From: a virus
Taxonomy: Duplodnaviria; Heunggongvirae; Uroviricota; Caudoviricetes
Virus record (IMG/VR): IMGVR_UViG_2690315922_000005
Direction: 5' to 3' (one strand)
DNA: 11,483 bases
Made by a program: the position numbers and the translations under genes
The notes under the pieces: generated by a model
The model's input: only the letters and a program-made list of their open reading frames with translations
Told to the model about the DNA's origin: nothing
Databases searched by the model: none
Shown here: positions 7,682 through 11,483 of the stretch, piece after piece
Position numbering within the stretch: the stretch's first letter is position 1
How the letters are laid out: each line of letters starts with the position of its first letter

Positions 7682-9071
7682 TATGCAGACTCCTCTGAAT
7701 ACTGAAGACGGAACTGGTTAACCACGGCAAAGACACGCAACTGGTTAACATAGTCAGGCGGGAACAGCGTGTTCAGGCGGTTCGGATCGCTGGCATCACG
7801 CTCCACAACCAGGTACTGCTTAAACAGTTCGTAGTTTTCCACGGTCCCCGCACGCTCAAGCTGACGGTAGGTTGCCAGCAGTTCCCCTTTGATCACCGCC
7901 GGTGTGACAATCGCCTGACCTGGACCAAAGCGGGTACCGTCGCTGGCAAGCTTGTGACGCCCGTACTTACTGGTAATGACGGATTTCAGTTTGCGCAGCA
8001 CATACGCGCTGGTATGCAGCGTCTCGCTGTCGAGGTAGCTGTTATCCGCAACACCGTAAGCGTTTTTCCTGTACGTGGTGACATCACGCTGAATGCGCAG
8101 CACCCCGCTTTCGACATACGCCGTTGCCACGCCATGAGACAGCAGGGTCTGTTGTTCGGTCATCGTGAACCGTTTCCCCTTCGGCGCAGGCAGCATACCC
8201 ACCAGCTCACCGGTCTGCGTGGGACGTGCCGGATCGTTGCGGATAAACACCGCTGCGCNNNNNNNNNNNNNNNNNNNNTTGCCGTATACACATGACCATA
8301 CAGCTGACGCGCATAGCTCCAGCGACCGCTGGTATCGTTCATCTCGGTCACCAGCGTGTTAACGGAGGCTGTGTCGTTGAACGGCAGGCCGATATAATCA
8401 AACGGCTCATCCGCCATTGCAGCCACCGCGCCGGTGAGAACAGGAGCGCCCGTTCCGGCGGTACCCGTCGCCACGGCAATCTGTACGCCCGCTGGCAGCA
8501 CTTCGCCCCCACCAAAGCCGTAGTAATTGAGGCTGACAGGAATTTCATTCCCGCAAAGCCCCTTATGACGCGCGGTCAGTGTGACCACGCCTGCCGAAGA
8601 TGAGGCAGTAAACGGCAGGGTCGGAACGGCATTGATGGCATCCTGGATACTGCTGGCAATCGTCGCAACGTTATCGCCGTTGGTCACCGGTGCCTGCACG
8701 CGGGTACGTCCCACATAAACATTCACCGTGCCGGTTTCGGTTGCCGCGCCGGTCACCGTCAGCGTAACCGTTGCCGCCGCGCCCGTGGATTCAGGAACGG
8801 CAATCACATACAGCTCGCCAAACGGGTCGGTCTGGCGATAAGCCTCGACCATACGCGCCAGCTGACTTCCCGCACCACAAATCTGGCGTGCATAGTCTGC
8901 CGACGGCATCAGTACCAGACTGTTGGCAACAATCTCTGCACCGTTATTGGCATGACCAATCAGCAGCGATGCTCCGCTGTCCTGTGCAGTATTCGCCGCC
9001 TGATTATCCATTTCCGCATAAAACAGCGGAACCAGCGTATTCGACGGAATGGTGTTAAAGCTTATCGTCAT
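7681..9071 (-). CDS. Tail sheath protein (Mu gpL / gp39-like), interrupted by an assembly gap
   Basis: Track ORF 8160..9071 gives the N-terminal roughly 264 aa up to the N run. Track ORF 7681..8250 is the C-terminal roughly 190 aa, and its frame stays open up to the gap, so its M is not a real start. The two halves are in different registers across the 20 N, so the gap length is unknown. Content and position are typical of a sheath. Confidence 0.8.
8259..8278. other. Assembly gap (20 N)
   Basis: Literal run of n characters in the sequence. Confidence 0.99.
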
Positions 9072-9225
9072 CGGTGTTCACCTTTTTATTCACGCGCCGG
9101 ATATCACCCGCTACTTCACGGCGCAGCCAGTAGTTGTTCTCGTCAACATTTCGCCCTTCGGCGGGCAAAAGGTCGCCGCGGGCAGGGTCAGGAACTGACC
9201 GCCCTTTAACAGGTTTGACAAACAT
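9055..9225 (-). CDS. Small hypothetical protein (56 aa) just upstream of the sheath gene; possibly the DUF2635-type small protein seen at this position in related tail clusters
   Basis: Not in the ORF track, presumably below its length cutoff. Hand translation from ATG at 9225-9223 gives MFVKPVKGRSVPDPARGDLLPAEGRNVDENNYWLRREVAGDIRRVNKKVNTDDDKL, stopping at 9057-9055 and overlapping the sheath start by 17 nt. It fills an otherwise unexplained 160-nt gap in a tightly packed operon. Confidence 0.35.
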   Translation of the reverse strand: MFVKPVKGRSVPDPARGDLLPAEGRNVDENNYWLRREVAGDIRRVNKKVNTDDDKL

Positions 9226-9233
9226 GAGGATCC

Positions 9234-9794
9234 TCAGGAAGGAAGGGTTATTTCGGTGTGATGTTCGATATCGCCGTCAGGCCCGTTACCGGGCTCGAGA
9301 TAATCAACATCAATCGCCAGCGTTTGCAGTTCATCCAGACTGTTCAGATCATCCTGCTGGCGGGTATCGTCTTCAGTCAGCTCGCTGATGACCGAAAAAT
9401 CGAACTGATAAATCAGCTCATGACGATTCAGATCCAGCAGCGTGCCGCCGTCATAGGTAATCGGGTTACCGCACGCTTCCGGGTTCCAGCCCAGCAGGGC
9501 CTTAAAGAGCATCTGCCGGACATCGTCCACCACATCATACGAGGCAAACTGACCGCGCTCATCACGCCCGTTACTCAGTATGACAACCACGGAGAAGCCC
9601 TCTTTCAGCTCCTGCCAGTAGTCGGTCTGGCTTTTGTTTTCTCCCGGAGAGTCATCACCCGGTACCACATACGCCGCCGGGAGTCTCAGCTTTCCGACCT
9701 CCGGCAGATTTTTGAACTGGGCCGCGCCTGCCACCCGTTTTTCAAAATACGGGCAGCGGGCACGCAGCGCAGCAATAACAGGCGTCAGTTTCAT
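9234..9794 (-). CDS. Putative tail terminator / neck protein (Mu gp37-like or DUF1834/DUF3168-like), assigned by position
   Basis: 186-aa ORF between the gp10-like gene and the sheath. Shares a 4-nt start/stop overlap with the upstream gene. Assignment rests on gene order, not a recognised motif. Confidence 0.45.
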   Translation of the reverse strand: MKLTPVIAALRARCPYFEKRVAGAAQFKNLPEVGKLRLPAAYVVPGDDSPGENKSQTDYWQELKEGFSVVVILSNGRDERGQFASYDVVDDVRQMLFKALLGWNPEACGNPITYDGGTLLDLNRHELIYQFDFSVISELTEDDTRQQDDLNSLDELQTLAIDVDYLEPGNGPDGDIEHHTEITLPS

Positions 9795-10297
9795 CTGTGT
9801 CGTCGCTCCGGCTTCAGTGATTTACGCAATTCCCGCGCCAGAAAATAGCGTGTCCAGCTGCGGTTCTTTTCAAGAGTTTCCACCATGAAGTTATTACGTG
9901 GAGCCAGTCGCCAGCCGCTGCCACCGGATGCACCACGATGATGACTACGACGACGTTTTGCTCCTCCCCGGACACCAAAAAACAGAAATGCCGGATAGAA
10001 GTCACCAGAGATCATCCGGTTCCCCTTCCCGTTGCGCTGGTTAGGGGCAATGCGTGTCATAAAACCGGCTCGCTTTTTACTGGCTCTCGGCACCATATAA
10101 CCAATCGAACGAGCCAGGCGTCCGGTCTGATAACCGGGGTTTTCACCTGGTGCCGACCGCGCACGGCGCATCACCAGCCGACGGGCATCACGCATATGAC
10201 GCTGCCCAATCGTGACAAACGCCCGCCGGACACGGGCGCGGTTAAAGCGCATCTCGGCGGGCTGCTGAACATCAACGTGAAAAAAGGGAGTCGCCAT
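9791..10297 (-). CDS. HK97 gp10-family head-tail (neck / tail completion) protein
   Basis: 168-aa basic ORF containing ...PGENPGYQTGRLARSIGY..., resembling the TGxLRxSI core of the HK97 gp10 family. The annotated start overlaps the upstream gene by 26 nt, so the true start may be a downstream Met. Confidence 0.6.
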   Translation of the reverse strand: MATPFFHVDVQQPAEMRFNRARVRRAFVTIGQRHMRDARRLVMRRARSAPGENPGYQTGRLARSIGYMVPRASKKRAGFMTRIAPNQRNGKGNRMISGDFYPAFLFFGVRGGAKRRRSHHRGASGGSGWRLAPRNNFMVETLEKNRSWTRYFLARELRKSLKPERRHR

Positions 10298-10682
10298 TGC
10301 TGCCTCCGTGACTCTGCCTACATTCGCCCAGCTCAGTACACTCCAGCAGCAGAAAGCGCCGCGCCCCGTTCAAATCGCGCTGACGTTTCACCCGGTACAC
10401 ACTGTCATCACAGACCACCTCATAATCAGCAGTGATCCCCCAGCGGTAACGAATGGTGATGTAATGGGTGATGGCGTCCCCGGTCTGCGCGGTTTCCTGC
10501 CAGGTGGTGGCACTGGTCTGGATAACCTTCGCCCATGTCCGGAACGTAACCGGGTATTGAGGCTCCACGCCAAAGTTATCCGCGGGCATATCCACCCGCT
10601 GGCGGATCAGGACGCGTTTATTCAGTTCACCGGGGTCCGGCAGAATGTAGGTTGCGCTGGTCTGCGCCTGACGAATTTTCAT
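10272..10682 (-). CDS. Head closure / head-tail adaptor protein (Phage_H_T_join, HK97 gp9-like)
   Basis: 136-aa ORF with ...RVLIRQRVDMPADNFGVEPQYPVTFRTWAKV..., matching the general head-closure pattern. Position after the gp6-like gene fits. Confidence 0.55.
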   Translation of the reverse strand: MKIRQAQTSATYILPDPGELNKRVLIRQRVDMPADNFGVEPQYPVTFRTWAKVIQTSATTWQETAQTGDAITHYITIRYRWGITADYEVVCDDSVYRVKRQRDLNGARRFLLLECTELGECRQSHGGSNGDSLFSR

Positions 10683-11002
10683 TGCGGAAAGTACCTGTAC
10701 GGGCCGACAAGCCAGCCAAAACTCTGCGGCATGTCGAGTTTCTCCACTTCCGTAACCGACGAGCGGTTTTCGTAAAAATGGCTGATAAGCATCAGCATCC
10801 CCAGACGAATATCATCCGGCAGGTGCAGCCCGTCCGGATCGCTGTCCGGAATGGTTTCATCCGGTGCATAGAGCTTCCGGTTCAGATACGTTTCCGTCCG
10901 CTTTTGTGCCGCACAGGCCAGCAGTTGCAGATGGCGGTCATCAGCATCGAAATCCTCATCCAGCCGGAGTTGGGCTTTAATCTCTTCCATTGTCAGAAGC
11001 AT
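10679..11002 (-). CDS. gp6-like head-tail connector protein (Phage_connect_1 family)
   Basis: 107-aa acidic ORF; the N-terminus MLLTMEEIKAQLRLDEDFDADDRHLQLLACAAQKRTETYLNRKL matches the characteristic start of gp6-like connector proteins. 4-nt overlap with the downstream gene. Confidence 0.6.
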   Translation of the reverse strand: MLLTMEEIKAQLRLDEDFDADDRHLQLLACAAQKRTETYLNRKLYAPDETIPDSDPDGLHLPDDIRLGMLMLISHFYENRSSVTEVEKLDMPQSFGWLVGPYRYFPQ

Positions 11003-11004
11003 AC

Positions 11005-11205
11005 TCAGCCCTCTTTACTGGTCGTGGCTTTTTTCTCTTTTGCCGCTTTACTGCTTTTTGCACTGATTCCGCGCTCTGCTAACCCGGCCTGAAGTGCAAT
11101 CTCCTGCACCCGGGCAGGAAGTGCCCCGTCGTCATACTCACCGGCCCGAATGACCTCAACACGCATACCGTCCGGTGACCATTTCAGATCTTGTTTCAGG
11201 ATCAT
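11005..11205 (-). CDS. Small hypothetical head-module protein (66 aa)
   Basis: ORF tightly packed between the probable capsid gene and the connector gene, with a Lys/Ala/Ser-rich C-terminal tail. No family recognised. Confidence 0.4.
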   Translation of the reverse strand: MILKQDLKWSPDGMRVEVIRAGEYDDGALPARVQEIALQAGLAERGISAKSSKAAKEKKATTSKEG

Positions 11206-11226
11206 GATTCTTCACCCGTCAGAACA

Positions 11227-11246
11227 GGGGGCGCGGTTCCGCGCCC
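11227..11246 (-). other. GC-rich stem-loop in the gap after the probable capsid gene (possible partial terminator or RNA stability element)
   Basis: Inverted repeat GGGCGCGG / CCGCGCCC on either side of a 2-4 nt loop, followed on the minus strand by the only weakly U-rich CCTGTTCTG. Confidence 0.3.
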
Positions 11247-11254
11247 TTGAGTGA

Positions 11255-11483
11255 TTACGCCGCTGCAATCTTCAGCAGTTTGATGGCCTGCGAATCGACC
11301 AGCATCCCGCCGGTGCGCTTGGTAGTATAAAAACCGACAAACGGTTTATTGGTGTACGGGTCACGCAGAATGCGGGTGCCGATACGGTCAACGATGGTGT
11401 AACCCCGTTTGAAGTTACCAAATGCAATGGCTTTCGCATCAGCGGCGATATCCGGCATCTGTTCGTTTTCAGCGATACCGTAA
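11255..11483 (-). CDS. C-terminal fragment of an upstream structural gene, probably the major capsid protein by position; gene continues past the window end
   Basis: The reading frame is open from the window edge (...YGIAENEQMPDIAADAKAIAFGNFKRGYTIVDRIGTRILRDPYTNKPFVGFYTTKRTGGMLVDSQAIKLLKIAAA) to a stop at 11257-11255. The M in the track is internal, not a start. Capsid identity is inferred only from HK97-type gene order. Confidence 0.35.
   Translation of the reverse strand, partial: YGIAENEQMPDIAADAKAIAFGNFKRGYTIVDRIGTRILRDPYTNKPFVGFYTTKRTGGMLVDSQAIKLLKIAAA

Noticed and set aside
8160-8258. C-terminal 32 residues of the 303-aa track ORF downstream of the N run
   Set aside because: This is a frame artefact from reading through the 20-N placeholder. 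The real sheath continuation is in the register of ORF 7681..8250, which stays open up to the gap.
9258-9848. 196-aa plus-strand ORF, with other long plus-strand ORFs of the same kind (1033..1491, 3221..3718, 9938..10435, 10308..10775, 10652..11092)
   Set aside because: They lie antisense to minus-strand genes that have recognisable phage structural character and operon packing. Long antisense 'shadow' ORFs are expected in GC-rich coding DNA. The translations are Arg/Pro/His-rich with no plausible domain character.
1-11483. CRISPR arrays, tRNA or rRNA genes, or large tandem repeats anywhere in the window
   Set aside because: No spaced direct-repeat periodicity, cloverleaf-like sequence or rRNA-like sequence was seen. 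The only non-coding structures are the two hairpins reported above.

Overview
All credible genes in this 11.5 kb window lie on the minus strand and form one tightly packed late (structural) operon of a tailed prophage or phage, read from high to low coordinates. The order is: 3' end of a probable capsid gene, a small ORF, three HK97-type head-completion genes (gp6-like connector, head-closure, gp10-like), a putative tail-terminator-like protein, then a Mu-like contractile-tail module (sheath, tube, assembly chaperone with a -1 frameshift site, tape measure, gpN-like, gpP-like hub, gpV-like spike, GP46/gp25-like, and the start of a baseplate J-like gene). Family assignments rest on my recognition of the supplied translations and on gene order; no database search was run. 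The main anomaly is a roughly 0.7 kb AT-rich insertion (4399-5081) between the tape measure and gpN-like genes. It carries its own sigma70-like promoter, a 176-aa membrane-anchored lysine-rich protein I cannot place in any family, and a textbook intrinsic terminator. This 'moron' is the best candidate for an undescribed accessory function (superinfection exclusion, defence or host interaction). A run of 20 N (8259-8278) interrupts the sheath gene. No rRNA, tRNA, CRISPR array or transposase was seen.
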